Of a stretch of DNA of 64,000 bases, positions 27,873 through 37,926 are shown piece after piece (the stretch's first letter is position 1; every line of letters starts with the position of its first letter). The notes under the pieces were generated by a model, which saw only the letters and a list, made by a program, of their open reading frames with translations, was not told where the DNA came from and made no database searches. The stretch lies in IMG/VR virus record IMGVR_UViG_3300037067_015496, positions 7,629-71,628 of that record; one strand, given 5' to 3'. This DNA is from a virus. Lineage: Duplodnaviria; Caudoviricetes. Both the position numbers and the translations under genes were made by a program.

Positions 27873-28614
27873 TAATAACATTCATACTCCATGTATAGAT
27901 TGCTGTTGGATGACTTGCGGATCGGACGGTATCCAAACCGGATGCCAACTAGATAAAATTAATACATTTAGAGATAATGGCATAGAAATTATAGAAGCTT
28001 ATAATAATGACCATCCAGGATTTTATATAGTAAATAATATAAAGTGTTACTATAAGAGAAATAGTGGATGGCTGATCGGACGAGAAAACAGTATTGCCGA
28101 CATTATAAGCGAAACAGACTTAAAAATACACATTATTATTTTTGCTAATAATAGCATAGAAGATACTCTAAAAACTATTCAATCTGCTTATGGGCAAACT
28201 TTTAAGCCCTATCAAATTACAGTAATTAACAGGAATATTCCAAGTGAGCTATTATCTGCCCATATGGAAAAGTTTAATTGTAAGTGGCGTATACAAAAGG
28301 TTATCGATCAAGCCAGCACAGATAATCAGTGTTTAGATATTGTTGTAGACTTTGTACCGGCAGATTATTATTCTATATATTATGCTGGATTTGAATTGCC
28401 CAAAGACCTATTGGAAGCTATTAATGCAAAAACTAAAGATTTTGAAATTATTTTTAGTGTTCTCACAGGAGATATGAAGGGCAATGGCACTACTGTTGTA
28501 TATGCAACCCATAAATATTGCAATGGCAATTTTCCCATTCCACTTTTAGACAAATTAAAAGAGTATTCACAGTGCAAAATAATACCAATAACACAAATAT
28601 ATCCCCTATTTTAA
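27865..28614 (+). CDS. Cys-rich N-terminus plus GT2-like domain protein
   Basis: CIDCC...C N-terminus; IIIF...IEDTLKTIQSAYGQTFKPYQITVIN. Confidence 0.5.
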   Translation: MLNNNIHTPCIDCCWMTCGSDGIQTGCQLDKINTFRDNGIEIIEAYNNDHPGFYIVNNIKCYYKRNSGWLIGRENSIADIISETDLKIHIIIFANNSIEDTLKTIQSAYGQTFKPYQITVINRNIPSELLSAHMEKFNCKWRIQKVIDQASTDNQCLDIVVDFVPADYYSIYYAGFELPKDLLEAINAKTKDFEIIFSVLTGDMKGNGTTVVYATHKYCNGNFPIPLLDKLKEYSQCKIIPITQIYPLF

Positions 28615-29057
28615 TCAGTAGGTTAAAAGACCTGCCCTTTACAACATTTGCTCCAGAAATGTATCAATATGTTAAGGGCGAACTTTTTATATATATACCT
28701 GAAAATTGTGAACCGATTCATAATTGGGGTGATGATCTTAAAATATTAATTGGTGAATTTTTAAAGTATAATAGCGATATTATGTTCACTGATTATATCA
28801 ATAAAAATAACAACGAACATATCTATTGTCCAGCCTTTAGTTTATTATATGCTCAAATTTTAATTGGTGGAATTATAATAAGTAAAAGCAAATTAAATAT
28901 CAATACGCAATTAAAATATTTATTTGGATATTCTGGAATAATGAATAGCCCAACAAAGAAAACTCAACATATACCAATTGCTCCGTTTATTATTAATACA
29001 CTGGCTAATTACAATCAAGATATAGAAATACTAAAACATGGGAAATGCAACCCGTAA
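28518..29057 (+). CDS. Hypothetical (GT2-like fragment), start uncertain
   Basis: Open frame overlapping the upstream gene. Next in-frame ATG is at 28659. IMFTDY and HIPIAPF resemble GT-A elements. Confidence 0.45.
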   Translation: MQWQFSHSTFRQIKRVFTVQNNTNNTNISPILISRLKDLPFTTFAPEMYQYVKGELFIYIPENCEPIHNWGDDLKILIGEFLKYNSDIMFTDYINKNNNEHIYCPAFSLLYAQILIGGIIISKSKLNINTQLKYLFGYSGIMNSPTKKTQHIPIAPFIINTLANYNQDIEILKHGKCNP

Positions 29058-29745
29058 TATCTTTAAAATTAAAAATAATAGAGAGTATAATATTCTCATA
29101 CCAGCCGCTGGTCTTGGCACAAGAATGCGTTCTTATAATGCCAAACCACTTATTAGAATAGCTAAAAAAACACTTATTCAGCATCAACTTGATATTATTA
29201 ATAATCAATGGGTTAAAAATACGATTACAATAGTGGCTGGTTATGATGCTAATAAAGTGATGAATGCAGTGCCTAATAAAATAATAAAAGTAGAAAATGA
29301 ATCTTATGAAAATAATAATGTTGTACGCAGTATAGGTTTAGGACTAAGGGCAAATACGACAGATAGCGTTATTATTATTTATGGCGATCTATTCATCAAT
29401 AGTTCATCTTTAAAGTTTGAATGCGGAAATGAATCTTTTCTTGTTGTTGATGATAAAAATATGGATATTAATGAAATTGGTTGTACTATAAATAATAATA
29501 AAATAGAATATATGAGATATGATACGCCAATGAGATGGGCACAAATAGCCTATTTAACAGGCATGGAATTGGCATTAATGAAAAATATCGCTTGGAATCC
29601 AAATAATAAAAATCTATATGGATATGAAGCTATTAATATTATATTAGACAGGGGTGGTCAATTTAAATCCGTTCACATTCCAGGTGCTTTTTTTAGAGAC
29701 ATAGACTGTGCTAAAGATATAACATATATTGAGGAAAATTTATGA
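29038..29745 (+). CDS. Nucleotidyltransferase (LicC/sugar-phosphate NTP transferase-like)
   Basis: ILIPAAGLGTRM...KPLI, IIIYGDL, RDIDCAKD. Confidence 0.85.
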   Translation: MGNATRNIFKIKNNREYNILIPAAGLGTRMRSYNAKPLIRIAKKTLIQHQLDIINNQWVKNTITIVAGYDANKVMNAVPNKIIKVENESYENNNVVRSIGLGLRANTTDSVIIIYGDLFINSSSLKFECGNESFLVVDDKNMDINEIGCTINNNKIEYMRYDTPMRWAQIAYLTGMELALMKNIAWNPNNKNLYGYEAINIILDRGGQFKSVHIPGAFFRDIDCAKDITYIEENL

Positions 29746-30557
29746 AAATTGTTTGTAGTCATAGTAATATTTTAATGTCTATTGGAATAGCCGCAACTAT
29801 TACATCTATTAATAGTGATACAATATCGTGGAATCCAAAACAAAAAAATATCCATGATATGCTATATGAATTAAAACCCGACCTGCTTATTATTACATCC
29901 GAATATATTAATCAAAACTCTATACAAGCCCTAAAAGAATCTAATACTAAATTTATCGTTCTTGGAATGTACAGTAGTGATATTGCAATTCCAGAACTGG
30001 TGTGTTTGCCACATACTATGCCACAACAACTTATTGATGGAGTGTCTAAAAAATATAATACGCTTGTTTTAAAGAGTGCCGCCAATCCAGCATTATATAA
30101 GCCGGTTCAATATGATGAAAGATATAGTTCTGATATATTTATATTGAGCAATGTTGATTTATCAATGTATAATGATATAATTAAGAAAATAATAGATATG
30201 GACTATAGTGTAAAAATAGTAGGTCCAATACCATATAGGAGTCTATATTATCTTGGAAATACCAGTATATATAATACATCAATGTTAATGTCATCAACAA
30301 AGCTGATAATAGACTTTAATCATAATATATGGTATGATGCTGCTCTTTTTAGAAAGAATAGTATAGAAAATATTCAGCAAATAAAAAATATAGAAAGAAT
30401 TTCCCTAGAAGAAAATAAAAATATCATTGAACAAAATAGACGATATGTATTAGCACATCATACATATTATCATCGTGTAGCCGACATATTTCATTCTATC
30501 AATTTACCACAAATGGCACTCTTAACTATGCAAAAATTTGGAGATATTCAATGGTAA
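29742..30557 (+). CDS. CgeB/YkvP-like glycosyltransferase-family protein
   Basis: LKPDLLI, SAANP, SDIFI, C-terminal RYVLAHHTYYHRV. Confidence 0.6.
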   Translation: MKIVCSHSNILMSIGIAATITSINSDTISWNPKQKNIHDMLYELKPDLLIITSEYINQNSIQALKESNTKFIVLGMYSSDIAIPELVCLPHTMPQQLIDGVSKKYNTLVLKSAANPALYKPVQYDERYSSDIFILSNVDLSMYNDIIKKIIDMDYSVKIVGPIPYRSLYYLGNTSIYNTSMLMSSTKLIIDFNHNIWYDAALFRKNSIENIQQIKNIERISLEENKNIIEQNRRYVLAHHTYYHRVADIFHSINLPQMALLTMQKFGDIQW

Positions 30558-31009
30558 CACTTGGAATAATTCTTAATAGTATAATGCCGTCACAACAATG
30601 GAATACTATTTTGCCGACATTAGAAAAATTTACAAGACATACCAATATCAGCCCAATGATATTTTGTGATATTTTGCCAACACAGACTATAACAGCAAAG
30701 ATTCCTATTTTTAGTTTGGTTGATGCTTTTGGATTTGATGGTATTACTATAGCTAATAATCTATCATCTGCCCACTCATCATTATTACTACCAAATGTAA
30801 AACAACGATATTTTTATATGTGGGATTTAGAGTGGCTATTACCAGATTATTTAGATTTTCATATGGCCCATTCTATTTATACTAATCCAAAAATGAAGCT
30901 TATTAGCAGACACCAAAATCATTACGATATATTTAAAAAGTGTTGGAAAGTGCCCGATTTTATTATTGAGGAATTTAATTATGACGATATCTATAAACTA
31001 TTGCAATAA
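30551..31009 (+). CDS. Hypothetical protein (glycosyltransferase N-domain-like)
   Basis: YFYMWDLEW motif; cluster context. Confidence 0.5.
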   Translation: MVTLGIILNSIMPSQQWNTILPTLEKFTRHTNISPMIFCDILPTQTITAKIPIFSLVDAFGFDGITIANNLSSAHSSLLLPNVKQRYFYMWDLEWLLPDYLDFHMAHSIYTNPKMKLISRHQNHYDIFKKCWKVPDFIIEEFNYDDIYKLLQ

Positions 31010-31787
31010 ATCAGATGATGACAAAAAATATTTTTTGGAATCGGAATATCATCAACATCATAAAAGTATTAGCACTATAGCAAAAGAAATTGGTTCTTAC
31101 TCTAAATATATTAGAGCAGAAATGGAAAGATTATCAGTCCCTATGAGAACCAGATCAGAAACACAAAAACTATTACTTAAAAGTGGAAAAATTGCCCACC
31201 CTACACTTGGTAAAACACGCACAGATCAAGAAAAATTAAATATTAGTGAGTCAATGGGTAATTATTGGACCGGACTTTCTAGGGAAGAACTTGAACGACG
31301 CTCACAAGCTGGTAAAATCAATTATAATAATAAAACAGAAGAGGAAAAAAATGAAATGCATAAATTGGCTACTAAAGCTATTTTAAAAGCCGCAAAGTCT
31401 GGCTCTAAACTAGAACATTATTTACATAAAAACTTGATTAAAGAAGGATTTAAGGTTGACTTTCATAAAGAACAGTTTATAATAAGGGAGAGGCTACAAA
31501 TCGATCTATTTTTACCTGAATTAAATATAGCTATAGAAATTGATGGGCCATCTCATTATGAAGCCGTATGGGGAAATGATAATTTTACACAAAGTAGCAA
31601 ATCCGATGATATTAAAACGGGACTAATTTTGGGTAAGGGATTAGTACTCATTAGATTAAAGCATCAACGTGTCAAGTCCCAAAAATATTTGAGGGACACT
31701 TTTACTAAATTAAAAGATATAATATTACAGATAAAAAATAAGTTTCCAGAAGAAGGACATAGACTAATAGAATTAGGAGAAATATGA
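30981..31787 (+). CDS. HTH/NUMOD3-like + Vsr/DUF559 endonuclease
   Basis: SISTIAKEIG; GKTRTDQEKLNISESM; IDLFLPELNIAIEIDGPSHY. GAGGA precedes the ATG at 30981. Confidence 0.75.
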   Translation: MTISINYCNKSDDDKKYFLESEYHQHHKSISTIAKEIGSYSKYIRAEMERLSVPMRTRSETQKLLLKSGKIAHPTLGKTRTDQEKLNISESMGNYWTGLSREELERRSQAGKINYNNKTEEEKNEMHKLATKAILKAAKSGSKLEHYLHKNLIKEGFKVDFHKEQFIIRERLQIDLFLPELNIAIEIDGPSHYEAVWGNDNFTQSSKSDDIKTGLILGKGLVLIRLKHQRVKSQKYLRDTFTKLKDIILQIKNKFPEEGHRLIELGEI

Positions 31788-32680
31788 GAGACTTTCCAAA
31801 AATGAGAGTGGAAGAACTAAAGGAAATCTTAAAAAATGATTATGGATATGATACAGAAATGGTAGACAGTATAAAGGGTAAGGCTATGATTGTAGGCTTG
31901 GTTAAACAAGAAGATGATAAAGCTGGTTTAGCAGATTCTGTTTCGTTTGGTGATGAAACCAGTAATGGAGATTTTGTTCCAGAAACGATAGTCCCAGTAG
32001 TACCCAAAAAATCAAAGCTCAAACCATCAAATCCTACATGGAACGACCATGTAATGAAACAATTTTTGCCAGATGAATTAATTGATGGTAGACCAACTGT
32101 AGACGGACTAAGGAGAGTAGCTGAAAATCTTTTAGGCACCATTCTTGAAATCAGCAGCACGGTTGTACAGGTTCCCACCCACGAAAATGGCATGAGGTCC
32201 ACAGTTAAGGTAAGTGTGGTGTTTGAATATATTCTTGGACAATCTCAAAGATATGAAGGTGTTGCAGATGTATGTGAACTAAATGCAAAAAGTCCATATT
32301 TTTTACATCCAACATCCACAGCCGAAACCAAAGCCGAAGGGCGAGCATTACGCAAAGCACTTAAACTCCGACGCATTTTATCTGCTGAAGAAATGGGGGC
32401 GTCAACCAATACGCCCGAATCTAATGCTCCGGCTAATATTACCGATACACAAATAACTTTTATTGATTTAATGTGTGGAAATACGATGCGTGGTATGAAT
32501 ATAGATGTTATTAAATTAGTAAACTATTATGGTTATAACGTAACGAACATTAAAAAATTGAAGCATGAAGATTCCCTTGCTTTACAAAAAATATTGTCTG
32601 ATTTCCAAAATGATACCGCAAAGATTCCGATGGAAATAATTGGATACGATGCTGGTTGGCGTAACACTTTTGCAATTTAG
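31784..32680 (+). CDS. Putative Rad52/Sak-like ssDNA-annealing protein
   Basis: PTVDGLRR...TVKVSV...ADV...TAETKAEGRALRKAL resembles the Rad52-fold signature. Confidence 0.5.
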   Translation: MRDFPKMRVEELKEILKNDYGYDTEMVDSIKGKAMIVGLVKQEDDKAGLADSVSFGDETSNGDFVPETIVPVVPKKSKLKPSNPTWNDHVMKQFLPDELIDGRPTVDGLRRVAENLLGTILEISSTVVQVPTHENGMRSTVKVSVVFEYILGQSQRYEGVADVCELNAKSPYFLHPTSTAETKAEGRALRKALKLRRILSAEEMGASTNTPESNAPANITDTQITFIDLMCGNTMRGMNIDVIKLVNYYGYNVTNIKKLKHEDSLALQKILSDFQNDTAKIPMEIIGYDAGWRNTFAI

Positions 32681-32689
32681 GAGAAGATT

Positions 32690-33016
32690 ATGAAGTTTGT
32701 TTTTAAGATTAGCGAAAAATTGACAGTGGAACTTGAAGCCACAGAACAAAGACCGCTCTTTGAGCAACTAGCTGACATTCAAGAAGTTTTTGGTATTGAT
32801 CGATGTGGCAAGTGTAAATCTGAACATATTAAATTTGTTGTTCGTACAGATCAAGATGACAATAAATATTATGAGCTTCGTTGTAATGACTGTAGGGCTA
32901 GACTGGCTTTTGGCTGCACTAAAAAGCTAAATGCACTATTTCCGAAACGTAAAGATGCTGATGGTAAGTGGCTTCCAAATGATGGATGGACCGTATATCA
33001 AAAGCCAACAGAATAA
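32690..33016 (+). CDS. Zinc-binding hypothetical protein
   Basis: CGKC...CNDC; AGGAG Shine-Dalgarno. Confidence 0.7.
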   Translation: MKFVFKISEKLTVELEATEQRPLFEQLADIQEVFGIDRCGKCKSEHIKFVVRTDQDDNKYYELRCNDCRARLAFGCTKKLNALFPKRKDADGKWLPNDGWTVYQKPTE

Positions 33017-33027
33017 CCACTTCTGAA

Positions 33028-33095
33028 TAACGAGCAGTTTTTACTGTTTTATGCCCGTTAAATAAACAAATCTCATAAAACAGTTTTTAATTTTT
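33028..33095 (+). terminator. Terminator/pseudoknot element at the convergent junction
   Basis: ACTGTTTTATG 33043-53 pairs with CATAAAACAGT 33074-84, followed by T runs. Overlapping stem 33028-36/33052-60. Confidence 0.55.
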
Positions 33096-33116
33096 CTTAC
33101 ACCTTCTATTAAATGT

Positions 33117-33419
33117 CTAGTTGTCTAATTTTAACATTATTTTAGCTGCCAACTCAGATAAAAAACTAGAAGCAAAACCAGCCACGAAAATAAATTGCCA
33201 CTCAGAAAATAATAGTAATCCAACCATCCATCCAGCCCATACACCACAACACTGATAGCAACTTAATAATTTACCAAATTTAGGATGTATAAAAATATTA
33301 GCTGCTTCTCGTAGTGCTATTTCGCCCTTTGCCCATGCTCTTATAGGCTGAAACAAAGATGAATCTACTATGATATTAGTTAGTCCAATGGTGCCTAAAA
33401 TAAATAATATTAAGTTCAT
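33117..33419 (-). CDS. DUF1360-like small membrane protein
   Basis: Two hydrophobic segments flanking LLSCYQCCGVWAG. Confidence 0.7.
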   Translation of the reverse strand: MNLILFILGTIGLTNIIVDSSLFQPIRAWAKGEIALREAANIFIHPKFGKLLSCYQCCGVWAGWMVGLLLFSEWQFIFVAGFASSFLSELAAKIMLKLDN

Positions 33420-33682
33420 TTCTCCAGTCCTTTCTTGCGTGATTCATTATTTCCACAACTACCACATCCACTTGTTTTCTTTTGTATTTGTTGTTGTATA
33501 CGCTGCATATCTACGACTATAGGTGTACTACCACGACATAATTTGTGTCCCTGTCTAGGAACAATAAATCCACATTTATCACATTTATATTTTCCGTCTT
33601 TTTGTAAAATAAAATTGCATTGCATATTAATTATATCTCCGGGCATGTTCCTGTTGGACAATAAACAATTTGTGCGTGCCAC
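33416..33682 (-). CDS. Small Cys-rich hypothetical protein
   Basis: CDKCG...C, SGCGSCG. Start may be 33646. Confidence 0.55.
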   Translation of the reverse strand: MARTNCLLSNRNMPGDIINMQCNFILQKDGKYKCDKCGFIVPRQGHKLCRGSTPIVVDMQRIQQQIQKKTSGCGSCGNNESRKKGLEK

Positions 33683-36600
33683 CTATGTAAAGATGAAGAA
33701 ATATATTCATAATTATTAAAATCATAATTTAATTGACACCATTCACAATACATTTCCGATTGACAACCATAAAATGTTCCAGTACAATCAGCATAATCTG
33801 GATAAGTTGGTTCGCAGTGTTTCAATTTACAAGGAAATGAATATGCTTCATCTAAACCAGCAATAATAAATGCATCATTATTTTTGTCTAATACTAAAAG
33901 CAATCCCTCTTGCCACTCGCCACTTTCTAAATAACCACCACCGCTCCAATAATGTTGTACCACGCCATCAGAATGCCATCCCCACACACAATGACAGTCA
34001 CCTATAGCAGGTACTGTTAATTGCACATCTTGTGTTAGATAATATGTGCCTGCTAAAAATGGCATTCCATTTCTTCCAAGATCATTCCAGCAACTATATC
34101 CAGATTCCGTTTCTACTGTTGAATCAGTAAGAATAAGCATAATTGTTTCAGTGGCATAACCGCAATCTTCACAATGATGACATCTACGTTCTTCAAATGG
34201 ATTTTGAATACAAGTGGTTATATATTCATTTCCTTGTGGATCATCTGTTTTATTTAATACTTCAACATGCAAAGATACTCCAGTCCATCCATTATTATAG
34301 ATGGCTAATTCATCAACATTAAATGTAAAATCTATATTAGTGCAAATGGGCTTAGTAATTAAATCACCAGTATTAAAATAATGTGTACCATCTAATATTA
34401 ATCCTAAAGGCACTGAAGTACATCCAATAGAACTGTCATTAATGGAAACGCTCATGCCATATCCACTAGATACATCATAAATAACACTCATCACCATGCT
34501 TAGCCAAGGAGCATTAGAAAAGCAATTTTTGCTTGGTACTCCTATACCCCATCCACATCCACCTTCTGTAGCAAAAGACGATAATCCAAGTTCATATTCA
34601 CCTTCTGAACAGGGGTCGTGTGTCCATACATATTCACCTGTACCATCCAACGGTCCAAATTGTTGTACTCCCGTAACCGTAACCTTTAAACAAGATGGTG
34701 GAATACTTCTCCAACAATTAGAACAATAATGAGTACATGGAGTACACATGGTGCTAGCTATTGGATCAATATTCCACATCCCGGTATTTAAAATACCAGA
34801 AAAACCAATAAAACTAGACCTAGAAGAGTTTAAAACAACATCGATATATCCATACGGTAATACATTACCATCTACATTATTTTGTTTACCAGCACTTACA
34901 GTACATCCTCCATCTCTTTGAATGCCAGTTAATGCATTAAGGGCAGCACTAATTGCAGATGCCGATGAATTATAGCTACACAAGGCGTGTTCATTTTCAT
35001 AAATTAACATGGCTATACCACTCGTTGGATATATTAAATCCCCGGCATGGTTATATGATTGACTATTATTGATATCTATTGAGCCATTCCAATTACTACC
35101 AGTTACACCTGCATAAGTTAATGTTTGATCTGCTTTAAATCCATCCCAAATAAATAAATAATTTGGATTAGGAGGGATGCCATATCCAGTAATACTAAGC
35201 CCACTTATAATGTTATCATATCCTGATAGGATACCAGTAAATGTATCATACATTTGTATCGGTGTTGTAGTACCAGAAAATGGACCGATAGTATTATTAT
35301 TCCAGAATAAATTATATTGACCCTGTGTACTTCCAGTTACATAAACAGCAGTTTGACACCACGTTTCAGATACTGCCGGGATAATAGACATTCTAAAACT
35401 TTTACCTATGGTATCATAAAATAAATCATTATCAATTGAAGGACGTTTTGGTAAATATCTACTATCATATAAAGTGCCTTCTGGTACATTACTAATGCTT
35501 AGTGAATCTAACATATAAGAAGTATTACCAGAAATAGAAATTGCATGAGGTATATATGATCCTGTTGTTGCAATAACTTTTGGTGTTTTTTGATATTCGT
35601 CATTAAAAGTTGTTTCTAATATTATAGCATTATCATTTTCTTCGTGCCACATACATGTACTATATTGATTACCCTCCATGTCATGTAATTTCTTAAAAAA
35701 TCCAGGATTTCTTCTATTATTATATTGAGATTCCACAATATTGCTTCTGTAATCATCTAGTATGGTTTGAGTATCAGAAGAAATGCCATTATTAATAGTA
35801 ATAGTACTATTAGCAGTAGAATTTTTAAAATTAAGTGTAGCATCAATACGCCACATTTTTTCTGGTATGTGTAGTGTAGATATATTCACACCAGCCGCAC
35901 AAGATAATTGTCTTCTAGATTCATATAATAATAAACTATTGTTGGATTCTAATGTTGTGTCTTGAATTAAAATCGCCTCTGGCGTTGATGCACATATATC
36001 TTCCGCTGCCTCTCCCATATTAACTTGCGTTCCATTATTAAGAACAGCTACACGCTGACCAATAGATGGAAATGTGCCAGACTCATAAAAAGTATCTGGT
36101 AACCAAGGCTCAAAATAACCATTACTACCACGCAATAAATCACAACGATGCCCAGATGGGCTTCTACTCATAATATTATAAATATCACTTTGTGTTAAAT
36201 TAGAAGGGTTAACCGTTCCACTACACCATGCGATTTCTACTTCATCGCCTTTAATGGGAGAGTATCCGTCATCAAAGGACACTGTTATGCCGCTACCAAT
36301 AACATTGCTAACAGTGCCCATACACATAATATATTGTTCAAAATCATCTTTAATATAAATAGATGTATAATTTTGATTATTATAGACCATATTCCCAAAT
36401 ACATTTAAGTAATTACCATTATTAACTTCTGTAGGATAGGAAAATCTACCATCTGCTTCTGGCCATATTCGAGCCGATAAATTCCAATAAATATAAACAT
36501 TCATTGGGCTTTCTGGTGGGTCTGGAAATACACTAGACCCAAAAGCATGAGATATATTAACACAATTTTTTATTTGTTCTAATGTTGCATTCGTACCAAC

Positions 36601-37911
36601 CATAATATCGGTTAATAAAAGCCCGCCACGACATCCGCCATCCCATACAACGGTGACTATGCCATCATGTGGCTCTGGTCTTTCTGCTAAATACATAATA
36701 GTAGTTAAAATATCTCTGGTATTATTAACAGTAATAGTGCCATCGAATGTGCATTGATTATAAGATAGATATTGACTGCTATTAAATCCAAGCCATGTCA
36801 TTACATAAGTATTAGCATCGGTTCCAGATACACTAATACCAGTACCATTGGGTATATTTCTTAAAATACTTTGCATCGCTCCAGCAGTAGTATCTTTATC
36901 AAATGGACCATAAGGAATACTATTATGTACCAATTCATAATATCCACTGGTACCATCATTTTGAGTAATAGTTGTTTGCTGTGCAGCATATAAAAAAGCA
37001 TCAATTAATGGAGGCTCTAATTCTCCATCATTTACTCCTTGACAAAACAATGAAGCCGTATAAATATCATTTTGCGGTTCCGGCACTGTTGGAACATTTT
37101 CAGCACCAAGAAACCAGTGCCATCCATGTTTTAATGTCAATTGCATATCTTCATAGCGAACATGCGTTAAATCCATTAAACGAATACTGCCAACTACTGG
37201 AACTTGTGCAGAAGGATTATTAGAATTAGATGTTGCTATTTTAGTATATACAGAATTCCATACTGGCATAGCTATATTTTTTAGAGTTTCTGAAATAGCT
37301 AAAGATATACGCACATTGACGATTTCTTGATTTCTTACGGCAGCTTGTACAGCCATAATGTTTAATGGAAATCCACTAGTTGGTAAATCTACGCCTCCTA
37401 TAGTATTGGTTAAATCGGGATTAATGGGTTCAATAGTATATGTATTTAATACACTGTCATTAAGTGATCCACACAAACCAACATGATATTTTGTGGTATC
37501 CCCTTCCATCCAATAGAATATATAATACCATCCTGGATATAACCTATGATGTGTGGTTATTCTTATATTGGTTGCACTGCCCTCTCCAAGAATACCTCTA
37601 GATATAAAGCTTGGAATATGTGCTGGCAATAATAACAATTCACCATCGGATTCATTTGATGGCACAAAACCAACAATAGCTGCCCCATCTGTAGAACTAT
37701 TATTGCAATGAAATTCTCTACATCGACAAGTACAGTCTAATGGTGCAGCATATCTGTTATATATAGCATTTGGTCCACCGGCTAACCATCCTTGATATTC
37801 TGTATCATATCGCGTATATGGAATAGAACACGACAATTCATTTATACGATATCCAGGAATAGTAGGGGGAGTATGATAATAATAAGTTGGGCATAAAGAA
37901 TTATATTTCAT
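33631..37911 (-). CDS. Large virion/tail-associated protein with internal repeats and a Cys-rich C-terminus
   Basis: 1426 aa, distal to the tail-tip genes, beta-rich repeats, many Cys clusters. Confidence 0.65.
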   Translation of the reverse strand: MKYNSLCPTYYYHTPPTIPGYRINELSCSIPYTRYDTEYQGWLAGGPNAIYNRYAAPLDCTCRCREFHCNNSSTDGAAIVGFVPSNESDGELLLLPAHIPSFISRGILGEGSATNIRITTHHRLYPGWYYIFYWMEGDTTKYHVGLCGSLNDSVLNTYTIEPINPDLTNTIGGVDLPTSGFPLNIMAVQAAVRNQEIVNVRISLAISETLKNIAMPVWNSVYTKIATSNSNNPSAQVPVVGSIRLMDLTHVRYEDMQLTLKHGWHWFLGAENVPTVPEPQNDIYTASLFCQGVNDGELEPPLIDAFLYAAQQTTITQNDGTSGYYELVHNSIPYGPFDKDTTAGAMQSILRNIPNGTGISVSGTDANTYVMTWLGFNSSQYLSYNQCTFDGTITVNNTRDILTTIMYLAERPEPHDGIVTVVWDGGCRGGLLLTDIMVGTNATLEQIKNCVNISHAFGSSVFPDPPESPMNVYIYWNLSARIWPEADGRFSYPTEVNNGNYLNVFGNMVYNNQNYTSIYIKDDFEQYIMCMGTVSNVIGSGITVSFDDGYSPIKGDEVEIAWCSGTVNPSNLTQSDIYNIMSRSPSGHRCDLLRGSNGYFEPWLPDTFYESGTFPSIGQRVAVLNNGTQVNMGEAAEDICASTPEAILIQDTTLESNNSLLLYESRRQLSCAAGVNISTLHIPEKMWRIDATLNFKNSTANSTITINNGISSDTQTILDDYRSNIVESQYNNRRNPGFFKKLHDMEGNQYSTCMWHEENDNAIILETTFNDEYQKTPKVIATTGSYIPHAISISGNTSYMLDSLSISNVPEGTLYDSRYLPKRPSIDNDLFYDTIGKSFRMSIIPAVSETWCQTAVYVTGSTQGQYNLFWNNNTIGPFSGTTTPIQMYDTFTGILSGYDNIISGLSITGYGIPPNPNYLFIWDGFKADQTLTYAGVTGSNWNGSIDINNSQSYNHAGDLIYPTSGIAMLIYENEHALCSYNSSASAISAALNALTGIQRDGGCTVSAGKQNNVDGNVLPYGYIDVVLNSSRSSFIGFSGILNTGMWNIDPIASTMCTPCTHYCSNCWRSIPPSCLKVTVTGVQQFGPLDGTGEYVWTHDPCSEGEYELGLSSFATEGGCGWGIGVPSKNCFSNAPWLSMVMSVIYDVSSGYGMSVSINDSSIGCTSVPLGLILDGTHYFNTGDLITKPICTNIDFTFNVDELAIYNNGWTGVSLHVEVLNKTDDPQGNEYITTCIQNPFEERRCHHCEDCGYATETIMLILTDSTVETESGYSCWNDLGRNGMPFLAGTYYLTQDVQLTVPAIGDCHCVWGWHSDGVVQHYWSGGGYLESGEWQEGLLLVLDKNNDAFIIAGLDEAYSFPCKLKHCEPTYPDYADCTGTFYGCQSEMYCEWCQLNYDFNNYEYISSSLHRWHAQIVYCPTGTCPEI

Positions 37912-37926
37912 ATAATATTTCCATAA

